Positions 1-8,819 of a stretch of DNA of 58,641 nt are shown here, in pieces. This DNA comes from a virus. Taxonomy: Duplodnaviria > Caudoviricetes. The translations under genes were made by a program, and so were the position numbers. The DNA lies in IMG/VR virus record IMGVR_UViG_3300021090_000949, positions 1-58,641 of that record, one strand, 5' to 3'. Under the pieces are notes generated by a model, which was given only the letters and a program-made list of their open reading frames with translations, did not search any database and had not been told where the DNA came from. Positions within the stretch are counted from its first letter, which is position 1, and each line of letters opens with the position of its first letter.

Positions 1-105
1 AATCTCTCTGGTGTCATCTTCTCAGCCATTGTTCGTTCCCTTTGCACGATGTATTTTATGAATACGGTGCATACGAGAGACCACTTATCGTGCGGTGAGA
101 ATCAG

Positions 106-537
106 TCATTTCGTCACTCGTTCAATCTGCTGCTTTTCTACTATTCGCCGCAGATACTCGATCTCCGCCTGGTGTATGAATCCCGGCTCTTTCTCGTGCT
201 GTTCGAGGATCATCAGCGTAAATTCGTCCCCGGTCATGCGCTTGCCGTAAGCATCGGTGCCGTTCATCGACGCACCGTTACAGGCTTTGCATTGCGGGAT
301 AATGTTCTCGATAGTATCAATTCGACCTTCACGCCCCCGCGGTAGGATATGACCAGGCGTCACCGAATCCGGACGCCGCAGGATCTTCGACAGACATTTG
401 TTGCCAGAATAACATCGCTTCCCGTGGATCCGATAAACTTCCTTCAACAGTGTTTCGTACGCCGCATCTTCGGCCTTGACCTTCGCGATCTTCTGCTCGG
501 TGTAGTTCGGCTTCGGCTGGGGATTGAATTGCTTCAT
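106..537 (-). CDS. HNH endonuclease-like protein
   Basis: C..C, GHILPRGREG, ENIIPQCKACN pattern; ATGA overlap with upstream ATPase. Confidence 0.7.
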   Translation of the reverse strand: MKQFNPQPKPNYTEQKIAKVKAEDAAYETLLKEVYRIHGKRCYSGNKCLSKILRRPDSVTPGHILPRGREGRIDTIENIIPQCKACNGASMNGTDAYGKRMTGDEFTLMILEQHEKEPGFIHQAEIEYLRRIVEKQQIERVTK

Positions 538-2366
538 GCCAGTCCCTCCGGGAATAGCAACTCCGATGCTTTGATGTGACCCGGTCCATCGTTGACCACC
601 GCGCCACTCGCTCGAAGCCTGCTCAGGTAATTGTTGAATGCACCGCCTGTTGGCGCGTATCCGGCTTTCTCCCCGAGCTGCTCTTTCGATAGAGAATGTG
701 GTGACATCTTGATGATCACCACGAGCATCTTCCGCACAGGCGTCGGGAAAAGCTGTAACCAGGCATCGTGCAGATCATCGAGCGTTACTGGCTGATCGGG
801 ATAGCTGGCAATTCGGCGGCCAGTATCGGTAAGCGCCATATATCCATCACGCAGGACGATCATCCCGGCAGCATTCAGACGTGCCTTGTAGTTATTCCAG
901 GCTCCGCCGCCATGGCTATACCCAGCCAGCGCCGAAACCACTGGGATCCGGGGCGTAGTCTGCCCAACTGCCTCCAGCCTGGCCAGTGCGTCAAGTATCT
1001 TCTTGTGGGGGCCGGTGATCCCCTCTGGAAGGTCGGTAGGCATAATTGCCGCATTCCGGCTCGGTCGCGGCTGTGTGAGCGCCTGTGGCGGCTTGTTTGC
1101 CGGAATTACGCGTTGGACCGGCTCCGGTACCGACGTCTTGAGGTTATTTAATTCGAACGATTCCCCTATGATGTCCCGAGAAAGTGACTGCAACGATTCG
1201 GTAACTGCCCCGAGCTTTGGTAAAACTGCATTTTTTAGCGTCTCGAATCGGCTGACCATCTTATCGCGCGCTCTCTCCGCGGCCGCGGAGATCGCTTTCC
1301 AGTGATTCCGTTCGGCCTCAATCTTGGCGAGTCGCTCCTGGCTGTCAGCCGAGAGCCCTTTGGCCTTGCCAGCCGACGAGAGATCCCGTTCAAGTTCGGC
1401 GATTCGCTGTTTGAGTCTCTTCGGATCGTTCGCCTCGGCGCGCTTGACCGTTTCGGCCATCGATCTCCGGAGAGCCTCCATGTCGATATCAGCGGCTCGC
1501 TTTGGCTCAATGCGTTTTTCCCCAGGCTTTGGAGTAGCTCCGCTGTCGAACGTTTCGATAGGGAGCACATGGACGCGCTTAAATATCCCATCTTCGTCTG
1601 GCCAACCTGGCGCCCAGAACCATGCGTCGCCGATAGGCAGCGACGGTAATGATCCCATCAAAGTATGCTGCTGATCAAGAGTACCGTGGACATCAATCCA
1701 CGCCTTCATGGCATCGAGATCCTGCGGCGCGATTGTCCTGAGTGCGACCAGCACACCGACCTGGGTGAGTACGTTCTTGTTGAGCACGGCGCTGCGCTGA
1801 GTTACCAGTGTACAACCAATACCCCGCTGGCCACCGCGCCGAACGATATCTTCAGCTGCGCCGAGCATTCGCTCTTCGCCTTTCTGTGGCTTTTGAGGGG
1901 CAATAGCGTCGGCCTCGTCAATGATCAGCATGACTGGTGTTCGGTTGACTTCCTTCGCTTTGAGCCGATAAAGGTTCTCCAGAAAGGCCGTCATGAAGGT
2001 CGCTACCTCATGCTTGCGGAACACCGACAGATCCAAAAGAATGCTCACGCGCTCTTCGACCGCCAGTTTGGCGACGATCTCCCCCGAACTTGCCTCAAGA
2101 GGAATATCGCCATGCTCGCCGCCCAGGATGATCACCGGGAGCCCCGGTCCTTTGCCGTCTGACGAAGATCGAATCCCATGCCAGTCACCCTTGGGGTCAG
2201 TTATGATGATCTGCTGTCCCGCCTTGAATAACTGTTCAGCAATGCGGCGCGCACAATAGCTCTTGCCGGCACGACGTTTTGCCAGCACGCCGATCGTCTG
2301 AGTGACTGTTTCCAATGGCAAGGTCAGCCCGGATGCAATCTTGAGAGAGTTCGAACTAACCGACAT
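534..2366 (-). CDS. HerA/FtsK-like (DUF87) P-loop ATPase with coiled coil and C-terminal winged-helix-like region
   Basis: Walker A variant AKRRAGKS, IITDPKGDW, Walker B LIIDEAD, RRGGQRGIG..TQRSA. Confidence 0.8.
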   Translation of the reverse strand: MSVSSNSLKIASGLTLPLETVTQTIGVLAKRRAGKSYCARRIAEQLFKAGQQIIITDPKGDWHGIRSSSDGKGPGLPVIILGGEHGDIPLEASSGEIVAKLAVEERVSILLDLSVFRKHEVATFMTAFLENLYRLKAKEVNRTPVMLIIDEADAIAPQKPQKGEERMLGAAEDIVRRGGQRGIGCTLVTQRSAVLNKNVLTQVGVLVALRTIAPQDLDAMKAWIDVHGTLDQQHTLMGSLPSLPIGDAWFWAPGWPDEDGIFKRVHVLPIETFDSGATPKPGEKRIEPKRAADIDMEALRRSMAETVKRAEANDPKRLKQRIAELERDLSSAGKAKGLSADSQERLAKIEAERNHWKAISAAAERARDKMVSRFETLKNAVLPKLGAVTESLQSLSRDIIGESFELNNLKTSVPEPVQRVIPANKPPQALTQPRPSRNAAIMPTDLPEGITGPHKKILDALARLEAVGQTTPRIPVVSALAGYSHGGGAWNNYKARLNAAGMIVLRDGYMALTDTGRRIASYPDQPVTLDDLHDAWLQLFPTPVRKMLVVIIKMSPHSLSKEQLGEKAGYAPTGGAFNNYLSRLRASGAVVNDGPGHIKASELLFPEGLA

Positions 2367-2550
2367 AGATCTCCCAATCTTCGGCTAACAGCGCAGCATA
2401 TGGAGTTCCGAAGTATTTTGCCTTGCTGCCCTTCGCCTGTCTGCTCACCAGGTGACCCTCGGTGATCTTGATATGGTCTCCCTCATTCCAATGGGGCCGA
2501 CGAATCTTTGCACCTTCTCGCATAGCCTTCAAAGCATCTTCAAATCTCAT
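2356..2550 (-). CDS. DUF2829 / Tad2-like small protein
   Basis: MRFEDALKAMREGAKIRRPHWN...LLAEDWEI; start reassigned to ATG 2550. Confidence 0.65.
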   Translation of the reverse strand: MRFEDALKAMREGAKIRRPHWNEGDHIKITEGHLVSRQAKGSKAKYFGTPYAALLAEDWEIYVG

Positions 2551-2653
2551 TTCGATCCTCTCAATCTTTTCCGAGGGCGGTGTGGCCGCCCCCGTTTCCC
2601 GCGGTTCCTGCCAAGGACACACCCCGGCTTCGATCGAGGTGCCACCGCAGTAT

Positions 2654-5176
2654 TTATAAACCTTCTGCTGCCTGTTTCATCTCTCCATCGACAAAATCAA
2701 AGAGCGTCGGCACGTCTACCTGTGACGCCGCCGCCTTGACATACGCCAATCCATCGCGATAATAATCTGCGTTGAGTTCTATTCCGATCCCCTGACGTCC
2801 GAGCTTGATAGCACAATAAGGGACCGTCATTAGTCCGCCGAACGGATCCAATACAGTCTCACCTGGCATGGAGAACTGAACAATGCACCGGTCGACGATA
2901 TCAAATTGCAGCGGGCAGAGATGAGACTGGAGCCCCTTCCTCTCCTGCATCATATTGAGCGTTCGCATGCGGGCGACATCAGTCCAGACATCCGGGTGGT
3001 TGCTGTGTGGAGGTAACAGGTTGAACGTCACCGGCAGCCGTTGGGCGTCTTGCATTAATTGGCCAAGCTGAACATGCCCCTCGTAATCATAGACATTTGC
3101 GTTGCACCAGTCGCGCCACCGTCGATAAATTCCCGCATGCGACAGATTGCGCATTTCCTCTGAGTTCAGCGGCCGGTTGCCCGATGATCGCTGAAACGAA
3201 TTGGCATCGATCTGCCATCGGCAGAGATTATAATCCTCTTTGGATTTGACCACCGGCACATCGGCGTAACCGTTCGAGCGATCGGTCGGCGGCTTCCGAA
3301 ATAGCAGCAGATACTCAGGCATCCCACAACCCATCTTGGTGCCGTCTTTGCACTGCTCGGTCCAGCCCAGCCGATAAGTCTGGTTGTTCTCGCGCACGAC
3401 ATCGGTGACGATGGTCTTCATGCCCATATAACCGAAGCCGTGTTTGGTGTAGTGATAGATCGCCTCGGCATGCAGCGGTTGAACGGTCTGGAATCCAAGG
3501 CCGGTAATGCCAGACGGCGATATCCTGTCCTTGACGTGGATGCAGCAGACTCGCCCGGGCCGTAATGCTCGGAATAGTTCCGGAGTCAGGAAGTCCATCT
3601 GCTGCCAGAAGTGGGCGTTATCGTCCGAGTGACCGAAGTCATTGAAGGAAGGCGTATATTCGTATTGTGTCGAAAACGGAATGCTCGTAATGATCAAGTC
3701 AACGGATTCTGTTTTGAGGTCGCGACTTTCCTGCACACAGTCATTGAGAATAATCCGATAGCCCGGACCCGATACTTCCTGTCGACCGGCGAAGATTGTC
3801 CGCTGAAGAGCCTCGTGGTTCTCGATGTCTGCCAGCCCGTAAGTGCGAATGATCTCCGACATCTTGTCGGCCTGTAGCTGATAACGTTTCCACTTATCCT
3901 CAAGCACCTTGCGGATGGAGTCCTCTGCCTCGGTGTAAATGATATCGATCCGGACGGGGCGCTCCTGGAGAAATCTGTGACAACGGTGAATTGCCTGGAT
4001 GAAATCATTAAATTTGAAACCGACGCCCAAGAATATCTCCCACGCACAGTGTCGCTGAAAATTAGTCCCGGACCCGGCGATCACCGGCTTGGCCGCAAGT
4101 TCGGCAATCTCACCGTCTGAGAATCCGATGATGGCTTGCTCCCGCTCATCCAAATCCTGGCTGCCATAGACAGACACTGCGGCTGGGATGGCGTTTTCAA
4201 TTGCCTTGCGCTCGGCCTCAAGGTCATGCCAGATAATTCGATGGGCAGTGGGATCCCCTGCTCGCAGTTGCATCAGTTTGTCAATTCTTGCACCGAGGCT
4301 CTCCCGCTTTTCACGGGCCGCCTCTGAAACACCATATGCAGATGATTTGAACAATCGCCCTTGGCCAGACTTCTCGGCGCCGGATTGCCGATGATCAGAG
4401 GCCACCCGATGCCAGTTGACTTGCATCTCCGGTAGAACATAGCCTTCATCAGAGTATCCAAGGTCGGATGGACGTTGCGCGAACACTGCCCAGGATGAAA
4501 CCCACAGCCAGAACTCCGCTTCCTTATGGGGATGAAGCGTCAGCTTATCGGCCTTGGTAGAGTCGCGCTTAAAGAAGCGTGTTTTCCCTTGGCCCACGTC
4601 CATCACGTCCAAGAAGGCCGCATAGGCCAGAAGCTCTATGAATTCGTTCGGGTCCGGGGTGGCAGTGGCCACGAAGCGATAGTTGGCGGTACCTTCATAC
4701 AGCCGCATGAATTCGCGGAAGGTCTTCGTACCACCGAATCCGCGCAGACAGGATGCTTCATCAAGCGACACGACAGTAAACCCACGGGGATCCATCTTTT
4801 GGTCGCGTATGGTCTCGTAATTAGTCAGGTAGATGCCTTGAGCGCCGCATTCACTCTCGCGCCTGACGAACTGAGGTTCGACTCCGATCATCTTTGCATC
4901 TCTAATAAACTCCTGGCGAACTCCGAGCGGACAGACAATCAGTCCACGCCCGCCTGCCTCTTTGAGCACCAGGCGAATTGTCTCCAACTGAATAAGAGTC
5001 TTCCCAAGGCCGAACGCTGCGAAGATCGCCCGACGTCCACCGCGGACTGCCCACTTTACGATCGCTTTCTGGTGCGGCTTGAGGACAGGTGAGATATCAG
5101 TGTCTTCAATCTCAAAGCCCCGGTTATCAGCCAACGCACGTTTAGCTTCGAGGAATTTGGTATAGGCGTCGGTCAT
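2654..5176 (-). CDS. SF2 helicase-like domain fused to N4/N6 DNA methyltransferase
   Basis: FGLGKT, LDEAS, TATP, QAIHRCHRF helicase motifs; ITSIPF and VLDPFGG methylase motifs. Confidence 0.85.
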   Translation of the reverse strand: MTDAYTKFLEAKRALADNRGFEIEDTDISPVLKPHQKAIVKWAVRGGRRAIFAAFGLGKTLIQLETIRLVLKEAGGRGLIVCPLGVRQEFIRDAKMIGVEPQFVRRESECGAQGIYLTNYETIRDQKMDPRGFTVVSLDEASCLRGFGGTKTFREFMRLYEGTANYRFVATATPDPNEFIELLAYAAFLDVMDVGQGKTRFFKRDSTKADKLTLHPHKEAEFWLWVSSWAVFAQRPSDLGYSDEGYVLPEMQVNWHRVASDHRQSGAEKSGQGRLFKSSAYGVSEAAREKRESLGARIDKLMQLRAGDPTAHRIIWHDLEAERKAIENAIPAAVSVYGSQDLDEREQAIIGFSDGEIAELAAKPVIAGSGTNFQRHCAWEIFLGVGFKFNDFIQAIHRCHRFLQERPVRIDIIYTEAEDSIRKVLEDKWKRYQLQADKMSEIIRTYGLADIENHEALQRTIFAGRQEVSGPGYRIILNDCVQESRDLKTESVDLIITSIPFSTQYEYTPSFNDFGHSDDNAHFWQQMDFLTPELFRALRPGRVCCIHVKDRISPSGITGLGFQTVQPLHAEAIYHYTKHGFGYMGMKTIVTDVVRENNQTYRLGWTEQCKDGTKMGCGMPEYLLLFRKPPTDRSNGYADVPVVKSKEDYNLCRWQIDANSFQRSSGNRPLNSEEMRNLSHAGIYRRWRDWCNANVYDYEGHVQLGQLMQDAQRLPVTFNLLPPHSNHPDVWTDVARMRTLNMMQERKGLQSHLCPLQFDIVDRCIVQFSMPGETVLDPFGGLMTVPYCAIKLGRQGIGIELNADYYRDGLAYVKAAASQVDVPTLFDFVDGEMKQAAEGL

Positions 5177-6210
5177 GAAACCGGGTCCCTCACTATTCTG
5201 TCAGGCTCAGATTCTTCGAGCTTGCGATAGAAATCCAGGAAAGTTTTGCTCCGGCCATGTCCGTGATGCGTCGGCCGTGGGACTCTAAGAATTGGCCGAT
5301 CGGGGAAGTATCGAATGCCAGGCGGGCGGGTGAGATTTTCCTCATCCCTGGCGTGAAACAACGGCATGCTCTGGTAAATCTTGATCTTGTCCAGGTCAGA
5401 CTCGGCAAAGCATTGAGGGCGCGGTAATGAGCCGAGAAGGCCTTCGTTATCGGCCAGGTCGCGGCGGGTCCCTATACACATGAACCGAGTGCGGTCCTGC
5501 GGTACGCCATATTCGACCGCATTCACCATTCCATAGACCAGTTCGTAATAGGCTCCGTATGCAGTCTTGAGGAACAGTTCGAAATACTCGCCACCACTAA
5601 GTTCTTGAAATCCGGGGACGTTCTCGAATATGAAGAACTTCGGTTGGGCCTCACGCACGACGCGCAATAATTCGAATACCAGGTCGTTACGCTTTTCTTC
5701 GACCTTACCACGATTTGAATTGCTCGTGGAGAATCCCTGGCAGGGTGGTCCGCCGGTTAGAACGTAAGCTTCGCCCACTCGGAGACCAGCCTCACGCAAC
5801 AGCATACTGGTAGGAGTCAGTCGGATATCACCCTGAATCAAGGCACTATGCCTAAACACATTTGGTCGGTTGATCATCAGGGTTTGACAGCAACTATCGT
5901 CAATTTCGTGTTGAACCACCGAACAGAATCCTGCCCGCTCCATGCCCAGGTCAAACCCGCCGGCACCGGTGAACAGGGAAATGCAGGGCATCTCAGGAAA
6001 GTACGCGATATCGTTTCCGTCAGGCGAAAGCAGCGTGATCGTATTTCGTCGTACCAATACGCGTGGTTCCGCCGCGTTCTTCGTCTTGCGAGGCTGCTCA
6101 ACGACACTGGCTTCCACCCAGGCCTCGCGGCCACGGTCCTCCATCCATTGGTCCATGGAGTCCGTTATCTCGCGAGAGTACTTGGTTGTCTTTTGTTGGC
6201 TTCGAATCAT
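5173..6210 (-). CDS. DNA cytosine-C5 methyltransferase (motifs IX/X not recognisable)
   Basis: SLFTGAGG (I), GGPPCQGFS (IV), FENVPG (VI), QDRTR (VIII); start uncertain. Confidence 0.85.
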   Translation of the reverse strand: MIRSQQKTTKYSREITDSMDQWMEDRGREAWVEASVVEQPRKTKNAAEPRVLVRRNTITLLSPDGNDIAYFPEMPCISLFTGAGGFDLGMERAGFCSVVQHEIDDSCCQTLMINRPNVFRHSALIQGDIRLTPTSMLLREAGLRVGEAYVLTGGPPCQGFSTSNSNRGKVEEKRNDLVFELLRVVREAQPKFFIFENVPGFQELSGGEYFELFLKTAYGAYYELVYGMVNAVEYGVPQDRTRFMCIGTRRDLADNEGLLGSLPRPQCFAESDLDKIKIYQSMPLFHARDEENLTRPPGIRYFPDRPILRVPRPTHHGHGRSKTFLDFYRKLEESEPDRIVRDPVS

Positions 6211-6434
6211 CTCATCATCTTCCGGGATCGGGCGGCTTATGCCGCAACACCGCGATCGCACTCTGCGACCGGGCGGCTGATACCACATAACCAGACACTA
6301 TCTCTGTTCACCGATCCCTTGACTTTCTATCCCGAGCCGGCTTCCACAGCCGGCCCGGGTCCGTGGCACTCCAGAGAACTCACCTCCGGAACAGACCCCT
6401 CGCGCCGTTTCGAAGAATCGATCTCCAAGGAGAG

Positions 6435-6575
6435 TCATTTCAATGTCAACTTTCCACCGCACTTTCGACATTTCAGACGCGGCAGCGGTCGCCGAGCTAT
6501 GATCTTCTTCTCTATCTCACAGTTGTTACAGATCACCGCGATGCTGCTGCCCTGGGTGTGTTTGATGTTTCCCAT
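6435..6575 (-). CDS. Small zinc-ribbon protein (46 aa, not in ORF track)
   Basis: MGNIKHTQGSSIAVICNNC...CRKCGGKLTLK; TAATG overlap with upstream gene, GGAGG upstream. Confidence 0.6.
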   Translation of the reverse strand: MGNIKHTQGSSIAVICNNCEIEKKIIARRPLPRLKCRKCGGKLTLK

Positions 6576-6784
6576 TAGTTACTATCCTCCTGGAGAGCGC
6601 CTTCCTTACGGAGCAAATCGATGGCGATCTCGCACATCCTGCAGGTCGGCTTCTTGCTGGTCGGGGTCATTGGTTTGTGCAGTAGCTTGCCGCACGCAGT
6701 CTGTTTGTATGACAGGGAGAGGTCATTCCCCTGCACAATCGGATGCTTGATCCCGTACATCGAGATATAGCCGACGATCTTCAT
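6575..6784 (-). CDS. Hypothetical Cys-containing protein
   Basis: TACG and CRMC motifs; GGAGG upstream; fits the operon. Confidence 0.55.
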   Translation of the reverse strand: MKIVGYISMYGIKHPIVQGNDLSLSYKQTACGKLLHKPMTPTSKKPTCRMCEIAIDLLRKEGALQEDSN

Positions 6785-6876
6785 CGCTTCACCTCCGGCA
6801 TTTGGTTCTCTTGGTCAAAAAGTGATTGAATGGAAATAAGGCGACATCTATATTTAATCCTTAACAAGGAGTCCTG

Positions 6877-7542
6877 ATGATTCAAGGAAAGCCGATCACG
6901 CCATCGCTGCGCAGACAATCGCAGCAAATCATTGACGGATACGTCCAAGGTTCGTCCCTCGACAATTTGGGAGTGCAGTATCAATGTTCCGCGAGCTCCA
7001 TCAGACGCTTGCTGCTCAGCCATAATGTTCTGTTGCGAGCGCCGATTCGATCGCGTGTGCTTTCGAAGTTCAGACATGAAGTCTTGGCGTACTACAGGAC
7101 GGGGGCGAGCCTCTCCCAAATAGCCAATAGATTCAATGTTGACCGCAATACTGCCGGAGAATTCATACGCAAGAATGGGATAAGCCGTGGCGTTGGACTC
7201 AGCAGCTTGACCTTTCACATAACTTCCGATTCGGATAAAGGCATGCTGGCAGGATTGCTTCTCGGTGAAGGCTCGATAATTCTGGGCGGAAATCGGGTTT
7301 GCATTCGCATTGTCAACCAAGACGCTGCTATTCTTGGCTGGCTGGCAAAGTTTGGTGGTCGCCTTTATTGGAGCAAACCAAGGCATCGCTCGCCTAATCC
7401 GTGCGGAGTCTGGGACCTGTCTGGTTCTGTAGACGTCTACCATTGCCTGTCCTCTATTCATCACCTTTTGGTTGGCAAAAAGAAGAGTCTTTGTCGTGCT
7501 GGGCTGAAGCTGCTCGAATCACGCTATTCGCTGAAACTATAG
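6877..7542 (+). CDS. Free-standing LAGLIDADG homing endonuclease-like protein with N-terminal HTH repeats
   Basis: MLAGLLLGEGSI motif; two HTH-like segments (GSSLDNLG.., GASLSQIANRFNV); AAGGAG RBS; antisense to surrounding operon. Confidence 0.75.
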   Translation: MIQGKPITPSLRRQSQQIIDGYVQGSSLDNLGVQYQCSASSIRRLLLSHNVLLRAPIRSRVLSKFRHEVLAYYRTGASLSQIANRFNVDRNTAGEFIRKNGISRGVGLSSLTFHITSDSDKGMLAGLLLGEGSIILGGNRVCIRIVNQDAAILGWLAKFGGRLYWSKPRHRSPNPCGVWDLSGSVDVYHCLSSIHHLLVGKKKSLCRAGLKLLESRYSLKL

Positions 7543-8374
7543 GCATCTGTCTGATGCGGAGATACTCTGGCCAACCCTCTATGTCCTTAGTGATTTTGCC
7601 GTCGATTTGCAGTTGCTTCACGAAAACTGGGGTATTCGTCAATTGACATTGGTCTACGATTTTACGCACCCATTCCAGCTTGCACTCTCTCCGTCCATGG
7701 CCAGATTCACCGCCGACCACAGCCCAGTCGAGTCGGACGGCTTGGGCGTAGGATATATTCAGTGAGCGCTGTCTATCTTGAATATGCTGATGTGTGGCTT
7801 TCCTAATGTCAATTGGCCCGAGCAGCGGCTCGCAGCTCACGAACCGCACAGCGGCCGGAATCTGCAACAGTATCGGGATGCGCAGATCCGCCATCTCCTG
7901 ATTCTCAGCGGACACGCCAAACCAAATGTTAGGGAATGGCATTTGCCATAACTCACCCCATTTTTCTAACGACTTTTTCATGTTATGAGGTCTCTTAGTC
8001 AGCACTTGAAACGTATGCTGTCGACAATATCGCATCATACTGAACACCCGTGAAATTAGCCCATACGGAACATCTTCGTGAAACAGATCGCACATCGAAG
8101 CGAGAAAGAATGTCGTGGGCTTGCGGGTTTGCATGGGCAATTTCAGAATCCGATCATCCAGGAAGAACTCACTGGGCTTGGAGTGATGACTATAATCATT
8201 CCCGTAGAACCGGCGATTCATCGTACCGGCATAGCAATTATTGCATCCGGGGGATACCATTGAACAGCCAGTGCCGTAATGCCCGGACTTCGATATGTTC
8301 GGCTTGCTGTCGATCGCTTTCGCGCGAAGCGGGTTCCAGGAATGCTCGGTCCATTCAATTCGCGACTTACCCAT
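7454..8374 (-). CDS. DUF5131 / phage Gp37Gp68 family protein
   Basis: SRIEWTEHSWNP, CSMVSPGCNNCYA, SMCDLFH, LTKRP, SCEPLLGP, VGGESG, FVKQL. Confidence 0.85.
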   Translation of the reverse strand: MGKSRIEWTEHSWNPLRAKAIDSKPNISKSGHYGTGCSMVSPGCNNCYAGTMNRRFYGNDYSHHSKPSEFFLDDRILKLPMQTRKPTTFFLASMCDLFHEDVPYGLISRVFSMMRYCRQHTFQVLTKRPHNMKKSLEKWGELWQMPFPNIWFGVSAENQEMADLRIPILLQIPAAVRFVSCEPLLGPIDIRKATHQHIQDRQRSLNISYAQAVRLDWAVVGGESGHGRRECKLEWVRKIVDQCQLTNTPVFVKQLQIDGKITKDIEGWPEYLRIRQMPIVSANSVIRAASAQHDKDSSFCQPKGDE

Positions 8375-8672
8375 GAATAGGCACCTTCCCGGATAGCACC
8401 TGAAAATGCTTCTCATTCATGAGCAGTTCCCCGTACTCGCGCGCGTTCATATGGGTCGCGCCCAGCGAGATCGCTTTCCTGCGCATGTTCTCGGTCACAT
8501 CGAAATGCGCCTTGATCGTTCCCGGCTTCTGAATCCACTCTGGTTTGAGGCCGAGCTTCTTGGCGAACTTGATTAGTTTCTGCTCATCGGGCGGCCAGGC
8601 GAAGAGATGGCTCCACGTGCGGCAGAGATTGCCGACGCGGGCTTTGATGCGATTGTTGTCCACGTAGATCAT
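8367..8672 (-). CDS. DUF4031 family protein
   Basis: MIYVD..WSHLFA..FAKKLGLKPEWIQ..HFDVT..RRKAISLGA. Confidence 0.75.
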   Translation of the reverse strand: MIYVDNNRIKARVGNLCRTWSHLFAWPPDEQKLIKFAKKLGLKPEWIQKPGTIKAHFDVTENMRRKAISLGATHMNAREYGELLMNEKHFQVLSGKVPIHG

Positions 8673-8684
8673 CCGGATTAGTCC

Positions 8685-8816
8685 CTATATGTTCCTTGGG
8701 TCTAAGGTCGCCGCCGTTTTCCGGTGCGGCGAGAGTGACTTGTGTCCGCGTTTAGGATTCCGTTGCTTCGGGCCGAGTCCATTCTGGCTCGCTCGCCTCT
8801 TTTGTCTCTTTGCCAT
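8685..8816 (-). CDS. Small basic hypothetical protein (43 aa, not in ORF track)
   Basis: Fills gap in operon; GAGGA upstream. Confidence 0.3.
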   Translation of the reverse strand: MAKRQKRRASQNGLGPKQRNPKRGHKSLSPHRKTAATLDPRNI

Positions 8817-8819
8817 TGA

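Noticed and set aside
6781-7549. Group I intron or intein housing the LAGLIDADG gene
   Set aside because: The ORF is antisense to the host operon, fills nearly all of the insert, and lacks intein terminal motifs
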